This document shows, piece by piece, positions 34,509-46,524 of a DNA stretch of 64,000 bases. The notes beneath the pieces were generated by a model. The model searched no databases. It was not told the origin of the DNA and worked only from the letters and a program-made list of their open reading frames with translations. The translations under genes were made by a program, and so were the position numbers. How positions within the stretch are numbered: the first letter of the stretch is position 1; each line of letters opens with the position of its first letter. The stretch lies in assembly GCA_963788655.1 (NCBI GenBank), contig CAWBHS010000060.1:320001-384000 (forward strand). The letters are read 5' to 3'. This DNA is from an uncultured Verrucomicrobiae bacterium. Its GTDB lineage: Bacteria > Verrucomicrobiota > Verrucomicrobiia > Limisphaerales > JAFGQR01.

Positions 34509-37190
34509 ATGACTACCTGGACCGACCCAGCTCGACAACGGCTCGACCGTTACTTTGAACAAACTCGCGCCGCGCTCCAAGCATCCGGCGCCGATCCGGA
34601 GGAAGTGTGTGAAGATCTCCGGCGGCACATCCAGGAAGAGGTCGCGCTGCGTAAATTAGCAGTGGTGACCGAAGAGGACATTCGCCAAATCCTCACGCGC
34701 ATCGGCGCGCCGGAAGTGCCTGCTCCCAAGGCCAACCCGCCCCCTCCGGTTGCCGATGCCTCGGCACCTAAAAAAGCCGCCGGGGCCGGGAAAACGACCG
34801 GGCATTGGTGGTTGCTCATTTTCAGCGTCATTTTGCCCCTGGTCACGCTGGGGATTGAGTTGACCACTCGTATGTGTGCCGGCGTTTTCTTTGATCCCAT
34901 CCCTTCGATTTGGCACGTGTTCATGGTTGCCGCGGTGCCGCTGAGCAACCTGTGGGCGTGGCGAGTGGTGCGCACAGGCGAATCCACGCTCAGTGCGGCG
35001 CTGAAGGTTGCGAACGGATATGCGATTGGTATTGCGGCTTTTTACACCCTCTTGTTCTTGCCAATCCTCCCGTTTGCGGTCATCGGCGTTTTTTATATAG
35101 GCTGGGGATTGCTGCCCATGGCGCCTTTGTTTGCCTTGATCGGGGCGCTGGTGCTACGCGGATATTTGAAGCGAATCTCCATGCCCGCAAAACCGTTTCC
35201 GGGGATCTGGACCGGGCTCGGACTGGCGGCGTTGGCACTGGCATTGACGGTCCTGCCCATCACGGCCACCCGGTATTGGACCAGCCAGGCCGGGTCCGGT
35301 TCGCCCGCGCAAGCCACCCGCGCCGTGAAGTGGTTGCGCTGGCTCGGCAGTGACACCACCCTGCTCGGCGATTGTTATGGCTCCAGCAGTTGGATGCGGC
35401 AGTCACCCATTGATCTGCATTTGTTCGGCGTGCCTGTCAGTCCTGAACGGGCCCGGGCTGTCTATTTCCGCGTCACTGGTCGTTCGTTCAACACCGTGCC
35501 GCCCCCGCAATTGAACTTCGCGCGCGGCGGTTGGAATCTGTTGGATGATTTCACCTGGGACCTCGACCAAGGTGGGAGCGCCGTGGGCAGCCGGGTGAAA
35601 GGTTTGTTCCTGACGACGTCGCGTTTCGATGGCTTGGTCGAATCGGACGCGGCCATTGGTTATTTGGAATGGACGCTGGAGTTTCGCAACGAATCGCGTC
35701 AAGCACGGGAAGCCCGCGCCCAAATTGCCCTGCCATCGGGCGGAGTCGTCTCGCGGGTGACGCTGTGGATCGATGGTGAAGAACGGGAAGCGGCGTTTGC
35801 GGGCCGCGCCCAAGTGCGCGAGGCCTACAAGGAAGTAGCGGTTCGTCAGCGGCGCGATCCCGTGCTGGTCACCAGTGCCGGACCCGACCGGGTGCTGGTG
35901 CAGTGCTTCCCCGTTCCAGCGGCGGGCGGCACGATGAAGATTCGCCTCGGCATCACAGCCCCATTGACGATGGCTTCGCTGGAAACCGGGCGTCTGCAAT
36001 GGCCGTGTTTCCTGGAACGTAATTTCAGTCTGCCGGAAGGTTTTTCGCACTCACTTTGGGTGGAGTCCAAAGCGGAACTAACCAGCCAAGTTCCCGAGTT
36101 GAAATCAGAGCCTTCCCCCAAAACAAAGTATGCCTTGCGCGGCCAACTGCCCGACTCGTTGCTCGATGCGCCTGGTTCGGCGTTGCAAGCGTTGCGCCCG
36201 AATGGGCCCAAAGTGGTTTGGACGGTGGACACGGCGAGCGAAAGCGGCAGCACAATTCGGCAAACCATGGGCGAAACTTCCATTCCCCCACCAACCCGCA
36301 TCGTGCTGGTAGTGGATGGTTCCTATTCGATGCATGATTATTTGCCGGCGCTCGCCAAAGCGGTCGCTCAGTTGCCGGACGGAATCGAAGTCGCCGCGCT
36401 GGTTGCTTCCGACAGCACGGTGCCATTGCTCGACCAACCTCGAAAAACAGATTCAGCCCTCCGTGAAGAACTGGCCAACCGGTTATTGCACACCAAGGCA
36501 GCGGGCGGCCAGGACAACGTGCCAGCTTTGCTGCAAGGCTGGGATCTGGCCGGGGAAAGCCCGGCCGTGGTGGTCTGGATTCATGGACCCCAACCGGTCC
36601 TGTTGTCCGGGGCAGAGAAACTGGAGCAACGGTTGCTTTGGCGTGCCGGGCACACGCAACTCTACGATGTCCAAACCGTTGCTGGCCCCAATCGTATCCT
36701 GGAACAATTGGATGGCATCATGACCATCAAACCCTTGCCACGTCAGGGCAAATTGCAGGCCGACTTGGAGCGGCTGTTCACCTCGTGGAACGGCAAAGGG
36801 CGGGCGGTCGAATTTGTTCGCGAACGAATGCCCCCGAGTTCTTTCTCGCCTTCTGCTTCTTCCGATCCGTTGCCGGCGGCTCATGAAGGCAAGGAAGTGT
36901 CCCAACATCTGGCTCGTCTCTGGGCGCTGGGAGAAGTCAAACGACTGGTGACGATGCGGCTGCGGGATGCCGCGGTGAAACTGGCCGGCAACTATCAGCT
37001 TGTTACGCCAGTCAGCGGTGCGGTGGTGCTGGAAACCCGCCAGCAATACGAGCGGCACGGATTACAACCGGTGTCAGCCGAATCGGTGCCTTCCGTCCCG
37101 GAACCCGTCGGATTGTGGTGGCTGGCGGCCGGACTGTGCTTGGCGGTGGCTGGGTGGCGGAAACAGTGGGGGAGGAGTTTGAAGGGTTGA
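34509..37190 (+). CDS. HAAS-like domain + ~5 TM + VIT + vWA-like + PEP-CTERM protein
   Basis: N-terminal LDRYFEQTRAAL...EDLRRHIQE...ILTRIGAPE; EARAQIALPSGGVVSRVTLWIDGEEREAAF (VIT); IVLVVDGSYSM (vWA); LVTPVSGAVVLE; C-terminal VPEP + hydrophobic + basic tail. Confidence 0.85.
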   Translation: MTTWTDPARQRLDRYFEQTRAALQASGADPEEVCEDLRRHIQEEVALRKLAVVTEEDIRQILTRIGAPEVPAPKANPPPPVADASAPKKAAGAGKTTGHWWLLIFSVILPLVTLGIELTTRMCAGVFFDPIPSIWHVFMVAAVPLSNLWAWRVVRTGESTLSAALKVANGYAIGIAAFYTLLFLPILPFAVIGVFYIGWGLLPMAPLFALIGALVLRGYLKRISMPAKPFPGIWTGLGLAALALALTVLPITATRYWTSQAGSGSPAQATRAVKWLRWLGSDTTLLGDCYGSSSWMRQSPIDLHLFGVPVSPERARAVYFRVTGRSFNTVPPPQLNFARGGWNLLDDFTWDLDQGGSAVGSRVKGLFLTTSRFDGLVESDAAIGYLEWTLEFRNESRQAREARAQIALPSGGVVSRVTLWIDGEEREAAFAGRAQVREAYKEVAVRQRRDPVLVTSAGPDRVLVQCFPVPAAGGTMKIRLGITAPLTMASLETGRLQWPCFLERNFSLPEGFSHSLWVESKAELTSQVPELKSEPSPKTKYALRGQLPDSLLDAPGSALQALRPNGPKVVWTVDTASESGSTIRQTMGETSIPPPTRIVLVVDGSYSMHDYLPALAKAVAQLPDGIEVAALVASDSTVPLLDQPRKTDSALREELANRLLHTKAAGGQDNVPALLQGWDLAGESPAVVVWIHGPQPVLLSGAEKLEQRLLWRAGHTQLYDVQTVAGPNRILEQLDGIMTIKPLPRQGKLQADLERLFTSWNGKGRAVEFVRERMPPSSFSPSASSDPLPAAHEGKEVSQHLARLWALGEVKRLVTMRLRDAAVKLAGNYQLVTPVSGAVVLETRQQYERHGLQPVSAESVPSVPEPVGLWWLAAGLCLAVAGWRKQWGRSLKG

Positions 37191-37707
37191 AGCGTTGAGG
37201 CGGCGGATCTATTGTGCGATTAGCGAGCAGGTTGAGGGAATCATTCCGAGCGCGAATTGTGCGAGTTAAATCGGATTTCGGGTTTCTTTCGGAATTCGGC
37301 CTTTGGGCTTCGGACTTCAACCTCGCCTGTCTTTTCAACTCGTTGAAAATGAACTCGCACCCCGGTGGATTTGTGCTTAGGATTCTGCTGGTTTGATGCG
37401 TGACTCTTTGAATATTTCGTTGACTGTAAAACCAACCCCGACCACTGGGTTCACCGGGTGGCAGCGCAGTCCTTTGCCGGCTTTAGGATTGCTCCGGCAT
37501 CTTTCTTGCGTCATTTTGCTCGAATATGTCTTGGGCTGACCTGAGAACAATTTGGCAACGCTTTAGCGCCGGGGCGATCCAGCAGGGTCGCCGGGCGGGC
37601 GCTATTGCCGGGCAGCTTGGCCGGCGGGCGGGTGCCGGAATTGTCACGGGCTGCTCAAAATCGGCCGAGGCTTTAAACACCGGCTTGCAAGCCATCCGGT
37701 CCCGGAT

Positions 37708-38792
37708 GCAAGGCGGCGCCGGTCACGACGAACGTCATATTGGACAGCCCCGGCGTAATTTGTTGTCCGGCTTCACGCCCGCCCATATTTCCGGCTCGTC
37801 AGCCGCCACGGCGGCGCTACCACAGCCCGGCTTCACCCGACACGTCTTGGACCGTCCCTTGGCCGTCGCCTTCATCCTCTCGATCCTGATACATTTGACG
37901 ATCTATGGCGGCTGGCGCTGGGGAAAGAACATGGGTTGGTGGGAACACCAAGCCACGTGGCTGCTGGAGTTGACCGCCAAGGCCAAAGAGCGGGCTTCGC
38001 TGACCCGGCTCAACCAAATGACTCCCCCCAAGCCCAGAGAAATCCCCCTCGACGTTTGTCGAGGTGGATCCGGCGCTGACGACTCAGGCTCCCAAAGATG
38101 CCAAGTATTACGGCGCGCACAACAGCATTGCCGCCAATCCGAAGCCGTTGGAACAGGACCAACCGAAAGTTGCCGGCGAACAAACGAAGATTGTCCGGGT
38201 GGAGGACAACCCCAAGCCCGGGCCTCAGCCCCTGCAACCCACCCTCACTCAACCCAAGCCCGAAGTTGTGGCGCCGCAGCCGAAACCGGCCGAAACGCAG
38301 CCCAAGGGCGACACCGTCCAAACCAAACCCGATGCCGCCACGGTCAGTGTGACCATGCCGGAACCCAAGGTGGAGGAACGTCCCCGAACCTTGCAAGAAG
38401 CACGGTTGCGGAAGGGAATGCTGGCCGGTGAAAAAATGCGGCAAAACGGCGGCGTGCGGCAGCGAGGACGGGTGTCGCTGAACGTGAAAGCCACCCCGTT
38501 CGGCGCCTACGATGCCGCGTTCATTGCGGCGGTGCAGCAGCGTTGGTATGAACTCATTGACAACACCCAGGTGCCCCAACGTTCGGGAAAAGTTGCGCTG
38601 GAATTTCGCTTGAATATTGACGGCAGCATTACGGATATGAAGGTGCGTGAAACGGAAGTGGGCGAAATGCTGGCCCTGCTGTGTCAACGGGCGGTCAAAG
38701 ATCCGGCCCCCTATCTCCCGTGGCCGAGTGACATGCAACGCATGGTGGGCAAAACCTACCGGGAAGTACTGTTCACTTTCTATTACAATTGA
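37708..38792 (+). CDS. tonB: TonB-family energy transducer; frameshift at ~38051; start uncertain
   Basis: TM with SxxxH (ILSILIH); Pro/Lys-rich linker; C-terminal AVQQRW...GKVALEFRLNIDGSI...AVKDPAPYLPWP; lies upstream of exbBD. Confidence 0.8.
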
Positions 38793-38833
38793 GATGCAAC
38801 TCTGACAGTCGGAAAAAAGTTTAATCGGTTTGT

Positions 38834-39467
38834 ATGGATATTTTTCTTTATTCTCGCCCTGCTGGTCACCTCAGTGATCGCGTTGACGTTCATCGTGGAA
38901 CGCGGCTTCGCGCTGCGCTGGCAAAAAGTGGTGCCGTCGGCCGTGGAAAGCGCGATCAGCCATTACCATTCGCCCCGTGATTTGGCGCGCCTGCGCAACA
39001 TCTGCGAACATCATCCCACCCCCATCGCCCGGTTGCTGCTGTTGGCGGCTGACCACGTGGACTGGTCCAAGAGCGAGAATATCAATCTGCTGGAAAAGCG
39101 CGCGCGCCACGAAGTCCTGAAACTCGAACGCGGCCTGGTGGTCTTGGAAATCATCGTCGGCATTTCGCCGCTCCTGGGCCTGGTGGGCACCATCTACGGT
39201 TTGATCATTCTGTTCGGCAGCATGCATGAAGGCAACGCCGCCGACACCGCCCGGTTTGCCCAGGGCATCAGCCTGGCCTTGAACGCGACGCTGATGGGCT
39301 TGCTCATCGCCATTCCCACGCTGGTCTTCTGGAGTTACTACAGCAAAAAGGTCGAAACCCTGACCATCGAAATGGAAACGCTCTGCGATGAATTCCTCCG
39401 CAAGCACTACGGAAATCAGGAAGCAGTGGATCTGACGGACAAGGTCGTGCCCCATTCCTTCAAATAG
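38834..39467 (+). CDS. exbB: MotA/TolQ/ExbB proton channel protein; start uncertain
   Basis: LERGLVVLEIIVGISPLLGLVGTIYG, GISLALNATLMGLLIAIP. Confidence 0.9.
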
Positions 39468-39470
39468 CGT

Positions 39471-39893
39471 ATGCACTTCACCTCGCACAAACGGGCCCGG
39501 GCGCCTTCGGTAATCATCGTCTCGCTCATCGACGTGCTGCTGGTGGTGCTGATTTTCTTGATGGTGTCCACGACCTTCAAGAAAGCCCAGGCCGTGCTGA
39601 AATTAACCCTGCCGCAATCCAAGATCGCCCAGCCTGGCTCGCAGGACGCCAAACCGCTGATCATCACCATCGCCTCGAATACGCCCTATTTCTTTATGGC
39701 GGAACGTCCGGTCACCTACGACCGTTTGCAGGAGCAATTGACGGCCGCCGTCAAAAGTAATCCCCAACTCAAAGTCGCCATCCGCGCCGACCGCAATGCG
39801 CCGTTTGGCGAAGTAACCAAGGTTATTGATGCGGCCAAGTTGGCCCAGGTCGGGGCCTTGGATTTTTGGACCGACAAAGAACCGGCCCATTGA
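39471..39893 (+). CDS. exbD: ExbD/TolR biopolymer transport protein
   Basis: IVSLIDVLLVVLIFLMVSTTF, IRADRNAPFGEVTKVID. Confidence 0.93.
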   Translation: MHFTSHKRARAPSVIIVSLIDVLLVVLIFLMVSTTFKKAQAVLKLTLPQSKIAQPGSQDAKPLIITIASNTPYFFMAERPVTYDRLQEQLTAAVKSNPQLKVAIRADRNAPFGEVTKVIDAAKLAQVGALDFWTDKEPAH

Positions 39894-39920
39894 CGCCCGG
39901 GCTGGCCCACGAGCTTTAGC

Positions 39921-40474
39921 ATGAAAATCGAATCCTTGCACATCGGCATGAAAGTGCGGCACCCGCAGTACCGGGGCGGGGACCGTGATCAGCCTCAACG
40001 AACAAACCGCCGACGTCCGTTTCGAGGTCGGGGAAACCCGCACCCTGGCCCCGGAAGCGAGTGGCCTCGAACGCGCCGAGCCGCAATTGGCCGTCACCGG
40101 GCTAACTCAGCCGCTCCATGCAATTCGTCGAAGAAACCGTGGAAACCGTGGTGGACAAGCTCGGGCTGAGCAAGTCCGACACGCTGGTGGAGAACCTGGC
40201 CGCCAAATGGCACCGCGGCAAATTGGTGCTCCATCCGTCCGACCCCACCCTGCAAACCAAAGAAGTCCCGCTGGAGGTGTTCTTTCACAAAATCGTCATG
40301 ATGCGCAACAACCTCCGCGTGCTCGAACAAAAGATCAACGCCTACGCGAGCTTGAGCGAAGCCGATAAGATCGAGCTCCAGCAATACATCACGCGCAGCT
40401 ACGGCTCGATGACGACGTTCAATGTGTTATTCAAGAGCAAGGAAGACCAGTTCAACAGCAGCCCGTCGAGTTAG
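39921..40474 (+). CDS. Hypothetical protein (SH3-like N-terminus), two apparent frameshifts (~39975, ~40117)
   Basis: [17 protein letters not shown] / [15 protein letters not shown] / QFVEETV...[28 protein letters not shown]...[18 protein letters not shown]. Confidence 0.65.
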
Positions 40475-40560
40475 GGCGGGGCGGGACGCAAATCCGGCTT
40501 CCCCGGCGCCGCCAAAAACATCTGCCACGCGCCCGAGCCATTGAAACGAAGTGCAGCACT

Positions 40561-40893
40561 ATGATCCGCGACACCATTACCCAAATCGAAGCCCGGTTGA
40601 ACAACTCGCGTTCGCTCAGCGAAACCGGCCGGCGCGAACTCCTGGAACTCCTGGACACGCTGCGAGGCGAGATTGCGGAGTTGTCCAAAACCGATGCCGA
40701 CCAGGCCCAAAGCATCGAATCGTTTGCCCTTTCGTTCGCCCATGAAGCCACCCGCGAGAAACGGCAACCCGAATTGCTGGAGCACTCGATGGGCGGCCTG
40801 TCCGCCTCGGTGGCAGGATTCGAAACCACGCATCCGTCGCTGGTGCAACTCGTGAACCGGATTTGCACCACGCTGTCCAATATTGGGATCTAA
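40561..40893 (+). CDS. DUF4404-family protein
   Basis: Helical 110 aa ending FETTHPSLVQLVNRICTTLSNIGI. Confidence 0.8.
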   Translation: MIRDTITQIEARLNNSRSLSETGRRELLELLDTLRGEIAELSKTDADQAQSIESFALSFAHEATREKRQPELLEHSMGGLSASVAGFETTHPSLVQLVNRICTTLSNIGI

Positions 40894-40997
40894 CGGAGAA
40901 CCAGCCCAAACCAACGGTAGGTGCGTCCATCCAAGTGCAAGCCGTGAGGACCGCGACGATCACCAGCCTCAGGGTGCGCCGACTATGGCGGCCGTAT

Positions 40998-43900
40998 TCA
41001 AGGCGCCAGCAGGACGCGATAATAGCGGTGGGCTTCGGCGCCCGCGGTTAGATCCGTCGCGCTGCCGGTGGTGCTGGTGGCTGTCACGATGCCGGGCAGA
41101 TCGGTCCATTCCGGATCGGTGACCGAGTTCTTGTATTGGACCCGATAGGCCCTTCCTGGCACGGCATACCACAGGATGGTCATGTGATCGCTGCCGGGCG
41201 AAGTAATCGTTAACACCTGAAGCACCGAATCCCCATTGGTCGGGTCCGTGCCGGCGCGGAATTCCTCGGCATCGGTTTGTCCGTCGTGGTCGGAATCGGC
41301 GGTGCCGTCATGATCGAGATTATCGAAATAGGCCATCTCCCAATCATCATCCAGTCCGTCGCCATCGGTATCCATGCTTCCCAGGTGCAGTACGAACAAA
41401 TCGGCATGATCGTTGTAGTCGCCGGCCACCAGATCGCTGGCGGAGCTTTGGAAGACCAACGTTTTACCGTCGGCGGAGAACAGGGGGCGCTGCGAGCGGC
41501 TGTTGCCGATTTCGCCGCTCAAGTTGGCGCTCAAGAGCAGCGTGCGGTTGCGCAGGCGATCATACAGGTAAAGGTCCTGGGCCCATCGACGCAAGGACGT
41601 GGTAGCGCCCGCGGCCGGATAGTTCGTGAACGAATGCTGGGTGACGTAGTGCGCGCCCAGGAACGCCACAAACCGTCCCTCCGGGCTTACCCAGGGACTG
41701 GCAAAGCGCCAATCGGCGGATGGGTCGTTGGTCGGCAGGAGACTGGTGGCGATCATATTGGTCCAACCAGTTTGCAAATCCATCAGCAGGATGTTGGTGG
41801 CCCACGGGGCGTAGCACTTCAGTTTTTCGCAGGCGAGCCAGCGTCCATCAAAACTGAGCGACGGCGCCTGGCAGGCGACGGCCACGGCGCGATTGGTGAC
41901 GGTTTCAAAATCATAGACAAAAATGCTCTCAGCATGATCGCATTGATACGCGGTGGACCAAGCCACATAGGCGACGTAACGTGAATCACCGCTCCAGGTG
42001 GCGTTCCCGGTGTAACGCTGGGAACTCATGCTCCAGGGGAACAAAGTGACCAAGCAGGTCCGCCCTGTCGGCAGGTCGCGGGCGAATAATGAAACCTCCC
42101 CGTAAAGGTGATTGGTCACTTCCTCGCTGTCTCCGCTGGCAAACAGCAGCCAGCGTCCGTCCGGGCTGAAGCCCTCGAACGACGAGCTCGAATGGGCTGT
42201 GTAGGGGGTCGTTCGCCATCGTGATATATTGAGCGCTTGGTTGGTGCCGGCCATCATGTCGCGCAGAAAGACGTCTGATCCCGTGTTGTCATCAGTAATG
42301 CCCGGCACGAAGGTTTCCGCTGGCAACGAGCTTTGGAACGCGACGTATTGGCCGTTCGGGCTAAGGGCGAACACATCGATCGAACCAGTCATTATCCCAT
42401 TCGTATCGACATCGACCGGATGCCGTAACCCGCTTGCCCGGTCCACCCAGAAAACGTGGTTGCTGGAGTCCACGAAATCAGGACCCGGTCGCCGGGCAAA
42501 GACCGCGTATTGCCCGTTGCTGCTGAGCACCGCCTGGCTGGCCGCCGAATCGGATTCGAACATGCCGCTGGCGTCGGTGCTCAATGGGGCAATGGCTCCG
42601 GTGCTCAAATCCTGCACAAACACGTCGCTCCAGCCGTTGGTGTCGCCCGGCACCAGCAGGCTGTCATCGCTGGCAAACGCCACATACCGGCCATCGCTGC
42701 TGAGACCATGTTCATCGGCTCGCGTGGCGGCAATGCCGGTTTGTTGCGGCCGAGTTGCGGTGCGTTCGGAAATCAACGTGGTTAAACCGGCCGCAACGTC
42801 GCGCACGAAAACATCCGTCGCCCGGTTCAAATCATCCGCCACCAGATCATCGGCCCTGCTGGTGAACGCGACTTTCTTTGCGTCCGCGCAGAAGGCCAAC
42901 ATGGCCGCGCCATTGTCCGCGGCGCTGACGGTGCCGTCGGGTTGCACGGTGATCAGTTGGGTGGTCTGGGCCGTCAGGTCGCGGAGAAAGACTTGACCGG
43001 ACCCACCAGTTGCCGCGGCGCAGAGATCCGTTGCGGCGCTGATGAACACGACTTTGCTCCCATCGGGCGAAAGCACCGCGTCGTAAGCCGGGGCATTGCC
43101 CGGACCGGTGCCGGTCAGGTTAATGTTGACCAAAGTGGTGGTTGCGGTTTCGGCGTCCCACACATAGACATTCGTGCCGTCTTCGTAAGCCAGCCAGCGC
43201 CCGTCGCCGCTCAGCGAGGGCGAGATCTGATTAGGGAGGTTCGTGGCAACGAGAAACGTCGTCGGCAAATCGTTGGTCACGACATTGTAAAACAGCGAGA
43301 AAGGTCCCGTAAACCGTTGCAAATCGCCCCAGCCATCAAACCGCGCCTGGCCGACGAGAAAGACGATCCGTTCGCCATTGGTGCTCATCACCGGGTTCAA
43401 GCATCCCATGTCGGTTTGATTGGTCGGATAGTACGAGGGGAGCCAATAACTGACCCGGACATCCCGGCCATGCGGTGGAACGCGGCAATAAATTTCCATC
43501 AGGAAGCTGTTCCGGAATCATTCTCCAACAGGCGACTGGCCGCGCTGGCGAACAAAACAAAATGCCCGTCCGGGGTCATGCTGGCCTGCCGGGAACGACC
43601 ATCACCCGGTTCGGCCGTGTTCGAGCCGTACCATCGGTCGTTGCTCACCAGCGTGGTCTGACCGGATGACACGTCGTACAGATAAACCTGGTTGGTGGCG
43701 ACACCGGCGGAAGGTCTCGTTGGTTCACCACTTTCAAACAGCACCCAGCGACCGTCAGCGGAGAGTTGAGGATTCGATGCGGGACCGCGCACCGAAGGCA
43801 AAGGCGGAATGCCCTTGCCGGAAACACCCGCGCTCACCAACCGCGTCGTCCCGGCCACCAGGTCGCGTAGGAATATGTCGGCGCCGTTGTTCGTGTCGCC

Positions 43901-44296
43901 GGACGCCAGATTGTTCGCCGCACTGGCAAACGCCACGAATTGGCCATTGGCCGAAATCGAAGGGTAGCCCGCGTCCCCATTGCCGCCGCCGATGCCGTTG
44001 GTATTGACGCTGACCAGGATAGTTTGTCCCGATTCCAGGTTGCGCACAAACACATCCAGGTAGGGCGCCAAGTCATCGTTGGTCACCAGGTTGGGCGCGT
44101 GGCTGAGAAACACGAGGAATCGGCCATCGGCGCTGAACTGCGGCATGAGCGAATTCCCGGACGCAGTTCGGCTCGAGGCCAGGATGCCGTTGGGAGCGAT
44201 GACCTGGGGGGAATTCTGGGCCGCGCTGCACAAGCAGGTCGGACAACAGGCCAACGGGACTACTCCGAAAGCAAGGCATAGGAAAATCGTCCTCAT
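40998..44296 (-). CDS. Secreted TolB/PD40-like beta-propeller protein with DxDGDG repeats and C-terminal RYYRV domain; apparent frameshift at ~43500
   Basis: Signal peptide MRTIFLCLAFGVV; many SADGR.VAF.S.A.NLV..DTN...DVFVRDL repeats; DTDGDGLDDDWE...GTDPTN; W.AVPGRAYRVQY...W...RYYRV. Confidence 0.85.
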
Positions 44297-44310
44297 GGGA
44301 ACTCGCTCTT

Positions 44311-45165
44311 TCAGTACAACGTTTTCAGAAAATGCAGCCCAGTCGCCTCCCGCCAACTGTGCGTCAGCACTTGCCGCAGTCCGGCGCTGGAAGTTGATTG
44401 CACCTCGCCGTCTTTAAGCAGGACGTTACCCACGGTGCCGTGGATGGCGGGAAGCCATTCGGTGTCGTACTCGGTGCCCGTCCAATCGACGCCGACTGCG
44501 GTCGTAACGCCTGAGGCGCAATTGACATTGTAGCTGCCGAATTTCATGTTGCGGTCGCCCGCGAGCACGGCGCGCGGATATTCAGCGCGCGCGTGCAGGC
44601 CGAGGAAGTAACTGACGGAGTTACCACGATGGGTGCCATCCAAGAAGCCAATATCAGGCGAACGGCTGAAATCAACGGCCGGCTTTGCCGCCGGATCGGC
44701 CGGACAGGCCAGGGCGGATGCGTGGACCAGTTCGTTGGAGATCCACCCATATTGGAACCAGAGGTTATTCTGGTATCCCAGCCAGGGCGGAATCGGAACG
44801 GGGCTCGGGCAAAGTCGAATCCGCGTCCCCCCTTCGTTCACGCAAGTCCAGAAGGGCAATTCGCCCCCGTGATCGCTAGCCCACAATTGAAACGCCAGGC
44901 CGATCTGTCGCAGATTGTTCAAACACGCCGCCCGGTCGCCCTGCGATCTGGTGTTCCCCAGTGCTGAGATGGCGATACACCCCAACAGCGCCAGCGCGGC
45001 CAGCACCGCTGCCAATTCGATGCGGGTGAAGGCGGATTGGCTGGGGGATGGCCGTGGATGCTGCGATGGGCTGTAGGCAACGGTCGGGAGCTTGGGAATA
45101 CGGTTCTCTGGCGCGATGAGATAGCGCCGGGCCCGAGGCAAAGGAATTAACTTTCCAAACGGCAT
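44311..45165 (-). CDS. Prepilin-type N-terminal cleavage/methylation protein with H-X9-DG motif
   Basis: SAFTRIELAAVLAALALL; ACLNNLRQIGLAFQLWASDH; HGTVGNVLLKDG. Confidence 0.88.
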   Translation of the reverse strand: MPFGKLIPLPRARRYLIAPENRIPKLPTVAYSPSQHPRPSPSQSAFTRIELAAVLAALALLGCIAISALGNTRSQGDRAACLNNLRQIGLAFQLWASDHGGELPFWTCVNEGGTRIRLCPSPVPIPPWLGYQNNLWFQYGWISNELVHASALACPADPAAKPAVDFSRSPDIGFLDGTHRGNSVSYFLGLHARAEYPRAVLAGDRNMKFGSYNVNCASGVTTAVGVDWTGTEYDTEWLPAIHGTVGNVLLKDGEVQSTSSAGLRQVLTHSWREATGLHFLKTLY

Positions 45166-45260
45166 GGGTATCTTCGTATCACAAACCCTTGGCTTCGGCA
45201 AGCGCGAATTCAGACTTCCGGTACGTGATTAGCGCCCAGATGGGAACGGGACGTGATCGG

Positions 45261-45490
45261 TCGCGCCAGCGTTTGGAGTGCGCCCGGCTTGCCGGGGCTG
45301 TCGGGTGGGCAGCGACCGTCGAATCGTTTTGCGTGCTGCTTTGGTCTGGGCGCGTCCGGCTGGAACCAAAGCGGGAGCAAGCGCCACGCACTCCCGACGC
45401 TTCGCGAATCACGGAAACCTTCAGTTGGAAAGGGGAGCGCGCCCGCCCCGGGCGCGGTGGTTGGCGCCTCGCCAACCACTCCGGAGAACG
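45261..45490. repeat. BIME-like REP cluster (two inverted family A copies + family B GGGGAGCGCGCCCGCCCCGGGCGC)
   Basis: 45261-45299, 45368-45407, 45432-45479; duplicated at 49551-49770; reverse family B copy at 29551-29587. Confidence 0.85.
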
Positions 45491-45926
45491 CGAATCCCAC
45501 TCATCAGTGACAGCTCGGTCGCCGGGGTAATGCCGCACGCCCAGCCGATTTCGCAGAATTTCATGGATTTTCGACCTTCCGCACGTCTACCGAAGGCAAA
45601 CAGAACAACCCGACACACCACGCGCAAAACCGAGCGAGCGGGCGAAGGGGCCGGCAATCGGTTCTGCTGGCCAAGAACCAGCCCAAGCCAGCGGTAGCAC
45701 TACAGCGACACTTCCGAAGAACGGAGCGCCGCCCTTAGGCCGCTTCAAGCAGCAATGACCTGCCAGCGGCTTATCGAATAGGACGGTGAAGCGGCATAAA
45801 CGCCGCGCTCCATCCGCGATTTGCGGAAAGTGTTGCTGTAGTGGTAGTTGGCGTCCATCCAAGAGTAGGCCGTGAGGACCCGCGACGATCGCCAGCCTCA
45901 GGGTGCGCCGACTATGGCGGCCGGAT

Positions 45927-46478
45927 TCAAGGCGCCAGCAGGACGCGATAATAACGGTGGGCTTCGGCGCCCGCGGTTAGATCTGTCGCGCTGCCGGTAG
46001 TGCTGGTGGCTGTCACGATGCTGGGCAGATCGGTCCATTCCGGATCGGTGACGGAGTTCTTGTATTGCACCCGATAGGCCCTTCCTGGCACGGCATACCA
46101 CAGGATTGTCGTTTGATCGCTGCGGGGCGAAGTAATCGTTAACACCTGAAGCACCGAATCCCCATTGGTCGGGTCCGTACCGGCGCGGAATTCCTCGGCA
46201 TCGGTTTGGGTGTCGTAGTCGGTGTCGGCGGTGCCGTCATGATCGAGATTATCGAAATAGGCCATCTCCCAATCATCATCCAGTCCGTCGCCATCGGTAT
46301 CCATGCTTCCCAGGTGCAGTACGAACAAATCGGCACGATCGTTGTAGTCGCCGGCCACCAGATCGCTGGCGGAGCTTTGGAAGACCAACGTTTTACCGTC
46401 GGCGGAGAACAGGGGGCGCTGCGAGCGGCTGTTGCCGATTTCGCCGCTCAAGCTGGCGCTTGCGAGCAGCGTGCGGTT
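45927..46478 (-). pseudogene. Duplicated 3' tail of the beta-propeller gene
   Basis: Near-identical to 40998-41549 (offset 4929); similarity stops abruptly at ~46478. Confidence 0.9.
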
Positions 46479-46524
46479 CAGGCTTCCACGGTGGCGACCA
46501 CTCGAGCGTTACGACTCCTGAGAA

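Noticed and set aside
37400..37500. Riboswitch or tRNA upstream of tonB
   Set aside because: Short stems only; no cobalamin, TPP or tRNA consensus recognisable.
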